Shown: one piece after another, positions 12,429 through 24,832 of the stretch | How positions within the stretch are numbered: the first letter of the stretch is position 1 | Layout of the letters: every line of letters begins with the position of its first letter | Source of the DNA: Chiloscyllium plagiosum | Lineage: Eukaryota | Reading direction: 5' to 3' | Assembly (NCBI RefSeq): GCF_004010195.1 | Contig: NC_057752.1 | Coordinates: 13,692,104 to 13,754,574, forward strand | Length of the DNA stretch: 62,471 bases | The notes under the pieces: generated by a model | Told to the model about the DNA's origin: nothing | Databases searched by the model: none | The model's input: the letters and a program-made list of their open reading frames with translations, nothing else | Made by a program: the position numbers and the translations under genes

Positions 12429-13249
12429 GGCTGCTTCTTTAAGCCTGCCTTCAAAGTTTGGACTGCTCTTCCCGCCGGGCAATTGGATGATGGATGGTAT
12501 GGAGTTGTCCTTATATGTCAAATACTGTCCGACTTGAGGAAATACTCAGATTCCCTGCTGGGAAACGTTGGCCTGTGACCAACACTTCCGTGTATTGCAA
12601 AAGGTGCTGCACCTTTTCTATCGGCGTTCCCATGTTTGACAAATGTACTCTATCTACATCCAACGAGTGTGAGTGGAAATCCACAATGACTAAGAACATT
12701 GAGCCTACGAAAGGACCGACAGAATCGATGTGCAACCATGCCCAGGGCTTATCCAGCCATTCCCACCAATGCGGGGGAGCTGCTGGTGGCAATTTGCGTT
12801 CCTCGGTTGGCGCTCTGGGCACTGCCCTGCCAACGTGGCTATGTCGGCATCCAGTCCTGCCCACCAGACATAACCTCTCGTCAACATCTTCAGTTAACCC
12901 CTGGGGGAGTTCAGCCAGTATCTGGCGGCGACCTTTGCTCTGGACAAATCGCTCCCTGCTCCCCGTAATGAGATGCCGCCCCCGACTGCGATCCGGTCTC
13001 CCTGGGTCCAAAAAGGTTTGGAATCTCTTTGTGACGGCCCTTCGGCTTCTCCCTTCACCACCGGCTGTTTCATATTAGCCAGGACTGGATTTGTTCTGTG
13101 TCCAGAGTCTGATATTGTCAACTGTGACCAGAGAGGTATCCAGAGCATGTAAAACCAGAATGGGCCCCTCCAAGTGGCGGTACCATTGGTGGGGCAGTGC
13201 CAGCGGGAGGTGGCATCTGCGTTTGCCACTTGGCCATCTGGACTGTGTG

Positions 13250-13378
13250 GAGAAAGTGAGGTCTGCAGATGCTGGAGATCAGAGATGGAAATGTGTTGCT
13301 GGAAAAGCGCAGCAGGTCAGGCAGCATCCAGGGAACAGGAGAATCGACGTTTCGGGCATTAGCCCTTCTTCAGGAAGG
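13250..13378 (-). mobile_element. PLE terminal-repeat insert (family A) with hammerhead motif, inside Gypsy pol
   Basis: Matches 34413-34540; minus strand CTGAAGA-AGGGC-TAAT-GCCC-GAAA-CG-TC. Confidence 0.85.
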
Positions 13379-13489
13379 GCTTATTATTATTAGACACACT
13401 CATTATTCGACACACCACTCACACCAGCTGTCTGACCTTCTGCTCTCTCTGCCTATGAATTCTGCGTCCGCGCCCCTCCCCCGCTCTCT

Positions 13490-13620
13490 CACTTCACTTG
13501 ACGAAAGGGCCGCGCCCTGAGGGCTTGTGCGATTTCCAATGAACCTGTTGGACGATAACCTGGTGCCGTGTGACTTCTGACTTTGCCCAGCTCCAGTCCA
13601 ACACCGGCACCTCCACATCC
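13490..13620 (+). mobile_element. PLE terminal-repeat insert (family B), degenerate hammerhead
   Basis: ttgacgaaagggccgcgccctgagggcttgtg...aacctgttggac...ccagtccaacaccggcacctccacat. Confidence 0.7.
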
Positions 13621-14171
13621 TTCGACGATGACGGCTGCTTCTTCACTTCCTTAAAAGGTCACGCCTTGGCGATGCGACCTTTTCCAGGCTGACCCGCTTT
13701 CAATAGGGTGCCGGGACAGAGGCCAGAGTATGTACGAACTGTAATAATTTGCCAAATCCAGGAAGGGTATAAGCTCAGGTACAGACATGAGAGTCAGGGT
13801 ACCTTTGATCACCCTGACTCGACCTTCCAGCCGGTGTCACCTGGATTTTTTTCACTCTGTAGCCCAGCTAGGTCAGCTGCGGTGCCTGGAACACACATTT
13901 TCCCCTCTTAATGTTTCTGCCTGCCTCAGAGAAACGACAAAGCACTACGTCCAAGTTCTCCAAGTGCTCCTTATTGGTCTTCCCTGTTATAAGCAGCTCA
14001 TCCAGATTAACGGCTGACCTGGGGTAGACCTTGTAAAGTGTTCCCTGCTGGGAAATGGCACAGGATGGCGATACCCCCAAGTGGCAATATTGGCACAAAC
14101 TCTTATGGGCATAAACCGTAGCAGACCTCTGGGAATCCTGTTCGAACTGCAATGGCGGGTACACATGGCTC

Positions 14172-14240
14172 CAGCCTGAAACGTTGACTCTCCTGCTCCT
14201 CGGATGCTGCCTGCCCTGCTGTGCTTTTCCAGCGCCAGAC
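14172..14240 (+). mobile_element. Short PLE terminal-repeat fragment (family A) inside Gypsy RT
   Basis: cctgaaacgttgactctcctgctcctcggatgctgcc...cttttccagc. Confidence 0.7.
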
Positions 14241-15443
14241 TCTTGGCTCAGGTGCAGCTTTGGGAAGGACTGCTCCCCCTGCCAGCTTTGTGTAGAAATC
14301 CTCTCTGCGAGGGTTTGGGTATTTATCCAGCTGCGAGAAGTGAATTACCGTTTGTTTAACATCCTCACAAAGCAGGACTGACCCACTGGGCTTTACAATC
14401 AGTGTGACTGGTGATGCCCTTTCCACAGACTGCACTGGTTTGATGATCCCTTTGCTTTCCAGCCTCCTGATTTCTGCCTCCTCTTTTACCCAGAAGGCAA
14501 ATGGCACTGGGCGGGCCCTGCAACATCCTGGTCAACACGCAAGGTGGCCTTGGCTCCTTTGATAGTCCCCGGATCTTCCTGAAAAACATTTGGGTATTTA
14601 ATTAGGACTTCACTCAGGGAGCCATTTTCCAATGATAAAGCCAGTTATCAGGCCGGTTTGAAGTCCAGTTGGGTTTCAGCTAGTAGGTGCTTTTGCATGG
14701 TTACATCATTAATCCCACAGACCAAACAGTCTCTCAGCATCTCATTAAGGGTTAAACCAAAGTCACATGCCTCTACTAGTCATCTCAAACTCGTCAAAAG
14801 TCCTGATATGGATTCCCCTGGTTCTCACATTGCTGAGTAAATCCAATAACACCTCAGAATCACAGGAAGCTTGGGGGTCATAATATTCCTTAACTAAATC
14901 TGCCAACTCTTGACAAGTTTTAATAACTGTGCCTCAGGGAAAGTTCGGCTCCGATTAACTGAAGAAGCTGTCCGGACAATTACTCGTTGCTTTTCATCTG
15001 CCCCAATGTCAGACGAAATAACGCATCCTTTCCACACACGGGGCCCAGTCTTCGAGGGTAGGATAGAACAAGTCAAACTTCCCAAATAATGGCATGGTGC
15101 CAGAAATGCCTACCCCCCACCCCCAACTCCAAGGTTACTGTTGTGAACAAATATCTTCAGCAGTGTATATCTTTGTGTCATCACCCTCAAATAATAACTC
15201 CAGGGAGGCTGGTATCCCGTCACCAAATCCCCCTTTATTTCCACGTGGAGAGTCCTTGACCCTGATCCACCTCCCTCAGAGCCAGCCCTCAGAGTGAGCA
15301 GCACCTCTGACACTCCTGTTTCTAGCTGTCAGCCTGATTGTTGCCCACATGTTTGGCCTCTCCGAGGAATGTTCACACCCGTCCAAGCTGCTGTTACACT
15401 CGCACACTCACACACTCACTGGTGGTGAACAGTTGCTTTCATT

Positions 15444-15943
15444 NNNNNNNNNNNNNNNNNNNNNNNNNNNNNNNNNNNNNNNNNNNNNNNNNNNNNNNNN
15501 NNNNNNNNNNNNNNNNNNNNNNNNNNNNNNNNNNNNNNNNNNNNNNNNNNNNNNNNNNNNNNNNNNNNNNNNNNNNNNNNNNNNNNNNNNNNNNNNNNNN
15601 NNNNNNNNNNNNNNNNNNNNNNNNNNNNNNNNNNNNNNNNNNNNNNNNNNNNNNNNNNNNNNNNNNNNNNNNNNNNNNNNNNNNNNNNNNNNNNNNNNNN
15701 NNNNNNNNNNNNNNNNNNNNNNNNNNNNNNNNNNNNNNNNNNNNNNNNNNNNNNNNNNNNNNNNNNNNNNNNNNNNNNNNNNNNNNNNNNNNNNNNNNNN
15801 NNNNNNNNNNNNNNNNNNNNNNNNNNNNNNNNNNNNNNNNNNNNNNNNNNNNNNNNNNNNNNNNNNNNNNNNNNNNNNNNNNNNNNNNNNNNNNNNNNNN
15901 NNNNNNNNNNNNNNNNNNNNNNNNNNNNNNNNNNNNNNNNNNN
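15444..15943. other. Assembly gap (N run)
   Basis: N bases. Confidence 1.
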
Positions 15944-16014
15944 TCCACCACTTCCTCTGGCAGCTCATTCCACACACACACGTACCACCCTCTGTGTGAA
16001 AAGGTTTCCCCTTA

Positions 16015-19000
16015 GTGGGAGGTAAGGGTCACCTCTAGTGTCCCGGCCGATCTCATTTGTGGGAAGTGCACTCAACTGCAGCTCCTCGAGAACGGTGTCA
16101 GGGAACTGGAGCTGGAGCTGGATGCGTTTCGGATCATTCGGGAGGCAGAGGGGGTTATTGAGAGGAGTGACAGGGAGGTAGTCACACCTCAGGTACAAGA
16201 GGAAGGTAGATGGGTTACCGTCAGGGGACGGAAAGGGAACCGGCAGGCAGTGCAGGGATCCCCTGTGGCCGTTCCCCTCAACAACAAGTATACCGTTTTG
16301 GGTACTGTTGGTGGGGACGACTTACCAGGGGGGACAGGTCTCCGGCACAGAGTCTGTCCCTGTTGCTCAGAGGGGAAGTGGGGAGAGGAGCAGAGCAGTA
16401 GTCATTGGGGACTGTATAGTTAGGGGGACAGACAGGAGGTTCTGTGGGAACAAGAGAGACTCACGGTTGGCGTGTTGCCACCCAGGTGCCAGGATTTGTG
16501 ATGTCTCTGATCGTGTTTTCGAGTTCCTTGAGGGGGGAGGGGGAGCAGCCCCAAGTCGTGCTCCACATCAACACCAACGACATAGGTGGGAAGAGAGATG
16601 GGGATTTAAGGTAGAAATTCAGGGAAATAGGATGGAAGCTTAGAGCTAGAACATAAAGAGTTGTTGTCTCTGGTTTGTTGCCCATGCCACATGTTAATGA
16701 AGCGAGGAACGGGGAGACCGCGGAGCTGAACATGTGGCTGCAGAGATGGTGCAGGAGGGAGGGTTTTGGATTCTTGGATAANNNNNNNNNNNNNNNNNNN
16801 NNNNNNNNNNNNNNNNNNNNNNNNNNNNNNNNNNNNNNNNNNNNNNNNNNNNNNNNNNNNNNNNNNNNNNNNNNNNNNNNNNNNNNNNNNNNNNNNNNNN
16901 NNNNNNNNNNNNNNNNNNNNNNNNNNNNNNNNNNNNNNNNNNNNNNNNNNNNNNNNNNNNNNNNNNNNNNNNNNNNNNNNNNNNNNNNNNNNNNNNNNNN
17001 NNNNNNNNNNNNNNNNNNNNNNNNNNNNNNNNNNNNNNNNNNNNNNNNNNNNNNNNNNNNNNNNNNNNNNNNNNNNNNNNNNNNNNNNNNNNNNNNNNNN
17101 NNNNNNNNNNNNNNNNNNNNNNNNNNNNNNNNNNNNNNNNNNNNNNNNNNNNNNNNNNNNNNNNNNNNNNNNNNNNNNNNNNNNNNNNNNNNNNNNNNNN
17201 NNNNNNNNNNNNNNNNNNNNNNNNNNNNNNNNNNNNNNNNNNNNNNNNNNNNNNNNNNNNNNNNNNNNNNNNNNNNNNNNNNNNNNNNNNNNNNNNNNNN
17301 NNNNNNNNNNNNNNNNNNNNNNCTGGGGGTGGAGGGGGGGGGAATTTGCTAATGCACTTTGGGGTGGGGGTTTAAACTAATGCAGCAGGGGGGTGGGAAC
17401 CTGAACTGTAGTTTCAGTATACAGGAGTTTGAGAGTAGTGAGGTCAGGGATAGGTTTTGCAAGGTCGCGAGAGGGCACCAGCAATCAGGATGTTGGTTTG
17501 AAACGTGCCTACTTCAATGCCAGGAGCATCCAGAGTAAGGTGGGCGAACTTGCAGCATGGGGTGGTACCTGGGAACTTCGATGTTGTGGCCATTTCAGAG
17601 ACATGGCTAGAGGAGGGTCAGGAATGGTTGTTGCGAATTCTGGGATTTAGATGTTTCCGTAAGAATTTCTACCTTAGATCCCCATCTCTCTTCCTACCTA
17701 TGTCGTTGGTGTCGATGTGGAGCACGACCTGGGGCTGCTCCCCCTCCCCCCTCAAGGATCTCGAAAACACAATCAGAGACATCACAAATCCTGGCACTAT
17801 GGGCTAAGTTGCCCGTAGTGTTAGGGGCAGGGGTAAATGTAGGGGAATGGGTCTGGGTGGGTTGCGCTTTGGCGGGTCGGTGTGGACTTGTTGGGCCGAA
17901 GGTCACCCTGTTGGGAGTTTTCTATCGGCCTCCGAATAGATCCAGAGATGTAGAGGAAAGGATAGCAAAGATGATTCTGGATAGGAGTGGGAGAAATCTG
18001 CATTCATCCCTTGTGGTTGGAGGGTTCCTAGGCGGAAGATGAGGCGCTTGGAAATATTATAGTTCTAGTACTTTCGATGAGTCAGGTTTTTGTCCAGTGT
18101 GTGCAGGATGGTTTCCTGACAGTATGTCGACAGGCCAAAAAAGGGCAAGGCCACATTGGCTGTGGTACTGAGTAATGAACCAGACCAGGTGTTAGATTTG
18201 GAGGTAGGTGAGCACTTTGGCGATAGTGACCATAATTCGGTTATGTTTACAATAGCAATAGGCAGGGATAGGTATATACCACAGGGAAAGAGGTATAACT
18301 TGGGGAAATTCAATTATGAAGTGATTTGGCAGGATTTAGGATGTATAGGATGGGGAAGGAAACTGCAGAGGATGGGCACAGTTGAAATGTGGAGCTTATT
18401 CAAGGAACAGCTACTGCGGGTCCCTGATATGTATATATCTATCAGGCAGGGAGGTAGTTGTCGAGAGAGAGAGCCATGGTTTACGAAAGAAGTTGAAGAT
18501 CTTATCAAGAGGAAGAGGAAGGATAATGTTAGGATGAGATGTGATGGCTCAATTAGGGCACTTGAGAGTTACAGGTTAGCCAGGAAAGACCTAGAGAGAG
18601 AGCTTAGGAGAGCCAGGAGGGGACATGAGAAGTCGTTGGCAGATAGGGTGAAGGAAACCCCTAAGGCCTTCTATAGGTATATCAGAAATAAAAGAATGAC
18701 TAGAGTAAGATGAGGGCCAATCAAAGATAGTAGTGGGAAGTTGTGTGTGAAATCTGAGGACATGGGGAAGCACTTAATGAATACTTTTTTGTCAGTATTC
18801 ACATTGGAAGGGGGCAATGTTAGTGAGAATACGGAGATACAGGCTACTAGATTAGATGGGATTGCAGTTTTAGCAATTTTGGGTGATCTGAAAATAGATA
18901 AATCCCCTGGGCTGGATGGGATTTATCCTAGGATTCTCTGGGAAGCTAGCGAGGAGATTTCAGAACCTTTAGCTTTAAGCTTTCTGTCGTCATTGTCTAC

Positions 19001-20430
19001 AGGAATAGTGCCAGAGGACTGGAAGGTAGCAGATGTTATCCCCTTGTTCAAGAAAGGGAGTAGAGACAACTTTGGTAATTATAGACCAGTGAGCCTTACT
19101 TCAGTTGTGGATAAAGTGTTGGAAAAGGTTATAAGAGATAGGATTTATAATTATCTGGAAAGGAATAAGTTGATTAGAGATAGCCAACACGGTTTTGTGA
19201 AGGGTAGGTTGTGCTGAACTAACCTTATTGAGTTCTTTGAGAAGGTGACAAAACAGGTGGATGAGGGTAAAGCGGTTGATGTGGTATATATGGATTTCAG
19301 TAAGGTGTTTGATAAGGTTCCCCACGGTAGGCTAATACACAAAATACGGAGTTTCGGGATTGAGGGTGATTTAGCGGTTTGGATCAGAAATTGGCTAGCT
19401 GAAAGAAGAAGAGGGCGGTGGTTGATGGGAAACATTCATCCTGGAGTTCAGTTACCAGTGTGTGCCACAAGCATCTGTTTTGGGGCCACTGCTGTTTGTC
19501 ATTTTTATAAATGATCTGGATGAGGGCGTAGAAGGATGGGTTAGTAAATTTGCGGATTACACTAAGGTTGATGGAGTTGTGGACAGTGCGGAAGGATGTT
19601 GCAGGTTACAGAGGGACATAGATAAGCTGCAGAGCTGGGCTGAGAGGTGGCAAATGGAGTTTAATGTAGAAAAGTGTAAGGTAGTTCACTTCAGAAGAAA
19701 TAACAGGAATGCAGAGTACTAGGCTAATGGTAAAATTCTTGGTAGTGTAGATGAGCAGAAAGATCTCGGAATGTACGTGCATAGATCCCTGAAAGTTGCC
19801 ACCCAGGTTGATAGGGATGTTAAGAAGGCAGATGGCGTGTTGGCGTTTATTGGCAGGGGGATCGAGTTTCAGAGCCACAAGGTCATGCTTCAGCTGTACA
19901 AGACACTGGTGCGGTCGCACCAGCAGTATTGCGTACAGTTCTGGTCACCGCATTGTAGGGAGGATGTGGAAGCTTTGGAAAGGGGGCAGAGGAGATTTAC
20001 TCGGATGTTGCCTGGTATGAAGGGAAGGTCTTATGAGGAAAGGCTGAGGGCCTTGAGGCTGTTTTTGTTAGAGAGAAGAAGGTTGAGAGGTGACATAATA
20101 GAGACATACAAGATAATCAGAGGGTTAGATAGGGTGGAGAGTGAGAGCCTTTCTCCTCGGAGCATGAGGGGACATAGCTTTAAATTGAGGGGTGATAGAT
20201 ATAGGACAGATGTCAGAGATAGGTTCTTTATTCAGAGAGTAGTAGGGACGTGGAACGGCCTGCCTGGAACAGTAGTAGACTCGCCCATGTTAAGGGCATT
20301 TAAATGGTCATTAGACATACATCTGGATAATAATGGAATGGTGTAGGTTAGATGGGTATCAGATTAATTTCGCAGGTTGGCGCAAGGGACGAAGGACCTG
20401 TACTGCGTTGTATTGTTCTATGTTCTATGT
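16015..20430 (+). mobile_element. Near full-length decayed CR1/HER1 LINE: ORF1 (Zn-finger/coiled-coil plus SGNH esterase) and ORF2 (APE plus RT)
   Basis: ORF1 CGKCTQLQLLE..RELELELD and VVIGDCIVRGTDRRFCG; ORF2 FNARSI, FGDSDHNSV, KSPGLDGIYPRIL, NYRPVSLTSVV, SQHGFVKGR, YMDFSKVFDKVPH, SKFADYTK; (TTCTATG)n-type tail; several stops and frameshifts. Confidence 0.95.
16782..17322. other. Assembly gap (N run) inside CR1 ORF1
   Basis: N bases. Confidence 1.
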
Positions 20431-20447
20431 CCCTTTTAAAGGTCCTT

Positions 20448-20750
20448 TGGGGTGGCACAGTGGCTCAGGGGTTAGCACTGCTGCCTCACAGCGCCAGGGA
20501 CTCAGGTTCGATTCCAGCCTCGGGCGACTGTCTGTGTGGAGTTTGCACATTCTCCCCGTGTCTGCGTGGGTTTCCTCCGGGTGCTCCGGTTTCCTCCCAC
20601 AGTCCAAAGATATGCAGGTCAGGATGGATTGGCCATGCTAAATTACCCATAGTGTTAGGTGCATTAGTCAGGGGTAAATGTAGTGGGGGGGGTCGGTGTG
20701 GACTTGTTGGGCCGAATGGCCTGTTTCTATGCTGTAGGTAGTCTAAATCT
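20448..20750 (+). mobile_element. HE1 SINE
   Basis: A/B boxes, V-domain, CR1-like tail. Confidence 0.9.
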
Positions 20751-21195
20751 TTCTCCTTAAACCTATGCCCTCTAGCCCTGGACTCCCCGACCCCAGGGAA
20801 TAGACCTCGACTATTTACCCTATCCGTGCCCCTCATGATTTTATAAACCTCTAAAAGGTCATCCCTCAGCCTCTGACGCTCCAGGGAAAAACAGCCCCAG
20901 CTTATTCAGCCTCTCCCTGTAGCTCAACCCTTCAACCCTGGCAACATCCTTGTAAATCTTTTTTGCACCCTTTCAAGTTTCACAACATCTTTCCTATAGC
21001 AGAGAGACCAGAATTGCACGCACTATTCCAACAGTGGCCTAACCAACGTCCTGTACAGCCGCAACATGACCTCCCAACTCCTGTACTCAATACTCTGACC
21101 AATAAAGGAAAGTATAACAAACGCCGCCTTCACTATCTTGTCCAATTGGGATTCCACTTTCAAGGAGCTATGGACCTGCACTCCAAGGTCTCTTA
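20750..21195 (-). mobile_element. CR1/HER1 fragment
   Basis: RDLGVQVHSSLKVESQLD...EYRSWEVMLRLYRTLVRPLLE. Confidence 0.9.
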
Positions 21196-21779
21196 TGTTT
21201 AGCTGGGATAGCAGACGGAACTTTGGGTTAATGGCCAGATCTTGTGGGGAAGTAGTGTCACATAGACACTGATTGCAATTGCAACTACATGTGGACCTTT
21301 CCAATGGACTACAGCAGATCTTTCTCTCCCAACCCCAGTGTAGATCCATTGGTGGAGTGAGAGGTGAGGCTTCGGGTTGCATACAAATTCAACAACAGCC
21401 ACAGCTCTCAGCCTGAGCCATGCCTGCATGGGGTCTCCCTACAGAGAGCTGAGAGATATTCAGTTTTCCTCATTCAACGTTCAATCCTAGCTCCTCTCCG
21501 CCTGACTCCCTGAACCCACCTTCCCCAGTTATCCCAGCCCGCATTCCCGATTCCTCTCCACGACCCTCAGCGCTTCTCCCGCCCCAGTGAGGCGGTGGGC
21601 AGGGGGTGTTGGCTGAGTGGGAGCAGGATCTGGAATTCCAATGTGAGGGTGCGGGATGAGTAGGGACAATGGGGGGAGCTGATAGGTTGTGACACTCGCT
21701 CTGGTCTAAAGCACTGCACCGTGTGCTCCCCCTGGAGAGTGGATAGGTTTAATAACCATAGGCAACAGGCAGGAAAACA

Positions 21780-22113
21780 GTGGCGTTGTGGTTATGTCAG
21801 TGGCTTAGTAATCCAGAGATGTAGATTAATGCTTTGGGGACATGGGTTCAAATCTCTTGTTGGTGGTTGGTGAAATTTAGATTGAATAAAAATCTGGAAT
21901 AAAAACCAAATCTAATGACCATTATCGATTGTTGGGAAAACCCCTTCTGGCTCACTAATGTCCTTTAGGGTGGGAAATCTGCTGTCCTTACCTGGTCTGG
22001 CCTACACAGGACTCCAGACCTGCAATGTGGTTGATTCTTAACTGCCCTCTGGATAATTAGGGATGGGCAATAAATACTGGCCTAGCCAAGGATGCCCTCA
22101 TCCTGTGAATGAA
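21780..22113 (+). mobile_element. SacSINE1-like Deu-domain SINE
   Basis: tRNA-like head (B box ggttcaaatc), central ggaaatctgctgtccttacctggtctggcctac block, tail tagggatgggcaataaatactggcc shared with the CR1/L2-type LINE. Confidence 0.75.
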
Positions 22114-22771
22114 CCAAACCATTTCTGGTAACTTGGGGTTCAAGATTACAGGCTGAGTTTTCATGAAGGAGCTGGGAATTTTTCTGATGACATTTTTCCA
22201 CTTCCATCACGGGATTCCATCTGGTGGGAATTTTATCGGGCGGCTGAAACCAAGCTGGCTGGGTTTAAACGCCCCTCCACCTTTTGCAGAGACATTGGCC
22301 CAGTTCTGCAGATCAGAGCCAAGCCCCCTTAACCCCTCAATGCCCTACATTCATAATAGCTTTGCTCACTCTACTCCCCTCCAACCTCCAAACCCTTTTA
22401 TCTCCCCTCTGACCCTGACCCCCCCCCCCATCTCACCCACGTACAATATAAACAGAATACACAATGACATTTGGAAGCCTTTGTAAAGCTGTCAAAATAA
22501 ACAAACATTAGTTGAACAGGCATTTACATTCCATTAATATTAGCCTTTTCAGAAGCTCATAAATCTGTCAAAACAAGTAAATGTACACTTCCATAAGCAA
22601 CTATGCAAACAACCATTTCAAAGCTGAATTCCCTGGTGGATTGGAGGGAGGCGAAGCCATTAAACTGACATTCCCATGAAGTATGGTGCAAATAAATTCA
22701 CCAGAACAGAATCTGAAATAACTCCACAGAGGTCGGTATCCTGTCACCAAGTCACCCTTTGCTAACATGTG

Positions 22772-22958
22772 GAGAAAGTGAGGACTGCAGATGCTGGAGA
22801 TCAGGGCTGAAAAATGTGTTGCTGGAAAAGCGCAGCTGGTCAGGCAGCATCCAAGGAGCAGGAGAATCGATGTTTCGGGCATGAGCCCTTCTTCAGGAAT
22901 GAGGAGGGTTTGTCCAGCGTGGGGGGAGGGGAAATGAGGGGAAATGAATCTGAACTCA
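22772..22958 (-). mobile_element. PLE insert (family A) with hammerhead motif
   Basis: Matches 34413-34770 with an internal deletion; flanked by a degenerate duplication of about 30 bp (gtcac.aagt.acccttt...tgtggag). Confidence 0.85.
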
Positions 22959-23058
22959 GTCACTAAGTGACCCTTTATTTATCTGTGGAGTGTCCTTGAC
23001 ACTGGTCCAACTCCCTCAAAGTCAGCACTCAGAGTGAACAGAGCGTCTGACAGTCATG

Positions 23059-23635
23059 TTTTTTTTTTACAACAACAACAAAAAAAAACCAAAAAACAAA
23101 AAAAAGGTCGACCTGAAACGAGGGGGAGAGAAAAGGGAAATTCTCCTCCTTAATAGAAAACCAACAGCAATAACACACACACTGTGGTCCAGACAGCACA
23201 GACACAATCCCCTCCCTAACACAAAATGGACCACTGACAGTCCCATTTATTTTTATTTTTCTCTTTTTTTACCTTTAGGTTATCTGATTCTCCAGTTCTT
23301 TTTTTTTCCTTTGAAGGTTTTTTCTTTTTTTTTTAACCCCCACACTACCGCCTAACTGCGGGAGCGCTTGTATTTTCCGTGGTGTGTGTGTGCGGGTGTG
23401 AGACACAGTGAGAGACACAAGGTGCACGAATCTTTATTCAGTTTCCACCACCAGGAAGAAAGGAAACACCCGAGTGGCCAGTGACAAGCAGTGCCCCTTC
23501 ACATCAAAGGGCAGTGCTGTGTGATCAAACAGTGAAGGGGGGGGCAGGGATTAAATCAAAATAGAGTTAGAGGGGGAAATAATGCACTCCACTCCCTGCG
23601 GCGCCCACCTCTCCCTGAACAACTCCAGGGTAGTG
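23059..23635 (-). mobile_element. Tx1/L1-clade LINE 3' end with poly(A)
   Basis: Minus strand TLELFRERWAPQGVECIISPSNSILI*, AATAAA in the UTR, poly(T) on plus strand at 23059. Confidence 0.75.
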
Positions 23636-24313
23636 TTCCAGTAGATATCTATCAGCTAAAGGTCCCTGATTGGACCAGGTCAACAGCTCCAATCAGGGAA
23701 CTCATATTCTATGAGGTCCACTGGCTGACCTTATTATGATCACTGCTGAATCCTTCAAGTATTTACAGCCAGCCAACAGCTCAGACATCTGTCAGAGCTT
23801 TGAAACAGCCAAACAGATGGCTGGGAGCTGTTCTTTACCAAGTTAATACATGTCATGAGGAGACGATTCGTTCTGGTGATGCTTCGTTAGCCAGTGGATA
23901 ATCTTTCATTGTAGATTGACTAGTTGCCAGAAGTAACAAATTGACAGCCACATGAAGTAATGGCCATATAGCTTCTGCAGTCACAGCACTGTCGTGAAGC
24001 ATTTTAGGAAACCTGAATATAACTCAACCGATGGCATTTTGCGATGAACTTTAAAGGGAGCGATGCCATTTTTACCTGGCTTTAGATTCTTTCTGCCTCT
24101 GATTTGTGGTTCACATCTTCACACAAATCTGTTTACCAGATGTAGTTTAAAAAGGCTTCCAAAACAGAGGCTACACAAGTTTAAACTGCCAACTGAGGGA
24201 AGATTTTTTTCATGCATCACTCATTGCATGTTATACAAAATACCCAGCGAAACTTATCTGTTGTGCCCAACTCCACTGACTGCATCCTTCAACTGTGCAT
24301 CTCTAGGACTTTA

Positions 24314-24832
24314 GAATCATCATTGACTCCCTACATTGTGGAAGCAGGCCATTCAGCCCATTGAGTCCGCACTGACCCTCCAAAGAGCATCCCACCCAGA
24401 CCTACCCCTGTAACCCTGCATTTTCCATTCAAATTTCTGGAATTCTCTCCCTCAGGGCGTTGTGGGTCTACCCACAGCACATGGACTGCAGCGGTTCAAG
24501 ATGGCAGCTCACCCCCACCTTCTCAAGGGGGCAACTAGGGATGGGCAATAAATGCTGGGCCCAGACAGCTATGCCCACGTATGAATTGAAATGCCCTTTT
24601 TAAAAACTAGCTTTCAGTTCCTAACCCGCCTAGCCTGCACACTACAGGCAACTTCCCATTACTAATCCCAGCTAACCTACCCATCTTTGGACTGTGGGAG
24701 GAAACTGGAGCTCACAGACGGCATAAGACATGGAAAGAATGTGCAAACTCCACAGTCACCCAAGAGAGGGGAGTCGAATCTGGGTCTCTCGTGTTGTGAG
24801 GCAGCAGCGCTAACCACTGAGCCAACATGCTG
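24314..24832. mobile_element. HE1 SINE (minus strand) split by a plus-strand CR1/L2-type LINE 3' end (about 24433-24585)
   Basis: HE1 tail 24314-24427 and head 24620-24832; LINE tail in between. Confidence 0.7.

Larger units (their letters stand above)
12200..15340 (-). mobile_element. Decayed Ty3/Gypsy LTR retrotransposon (5' LTR about 15190-15340, gag from 15095, RT about 13870-14510, integrase about 12500-13010)
   Basis: gag start MPLFGKFD..EDW; RT EAEIRRLESKGIIKPV...LDKYPNPRREDFYTKLAGG; integrase PPAAP..WEW..PW..LHID..GPF.GSMFLVIVD; many frameshifts and deletions. Confidence 0.88.
22716..23747 (-). mobile_element. Gypsy solo LTR (same family as 15190-15340), interrupted by PLE and Tx1 inserts
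   Basis: aaataactcc...ggtatcctgtcaccaagtcacccttt...ctcagagtgaacag matches the 15190 LTR; sequence resumes after about 23640. Confidence 0.75.

Noticed and set aside
15338..17380. Long ORFs of 180-225 aa
   Set aside because: Artefacts of N-runs translated as X; the same applies near 28138-28543 and 31920-32301.
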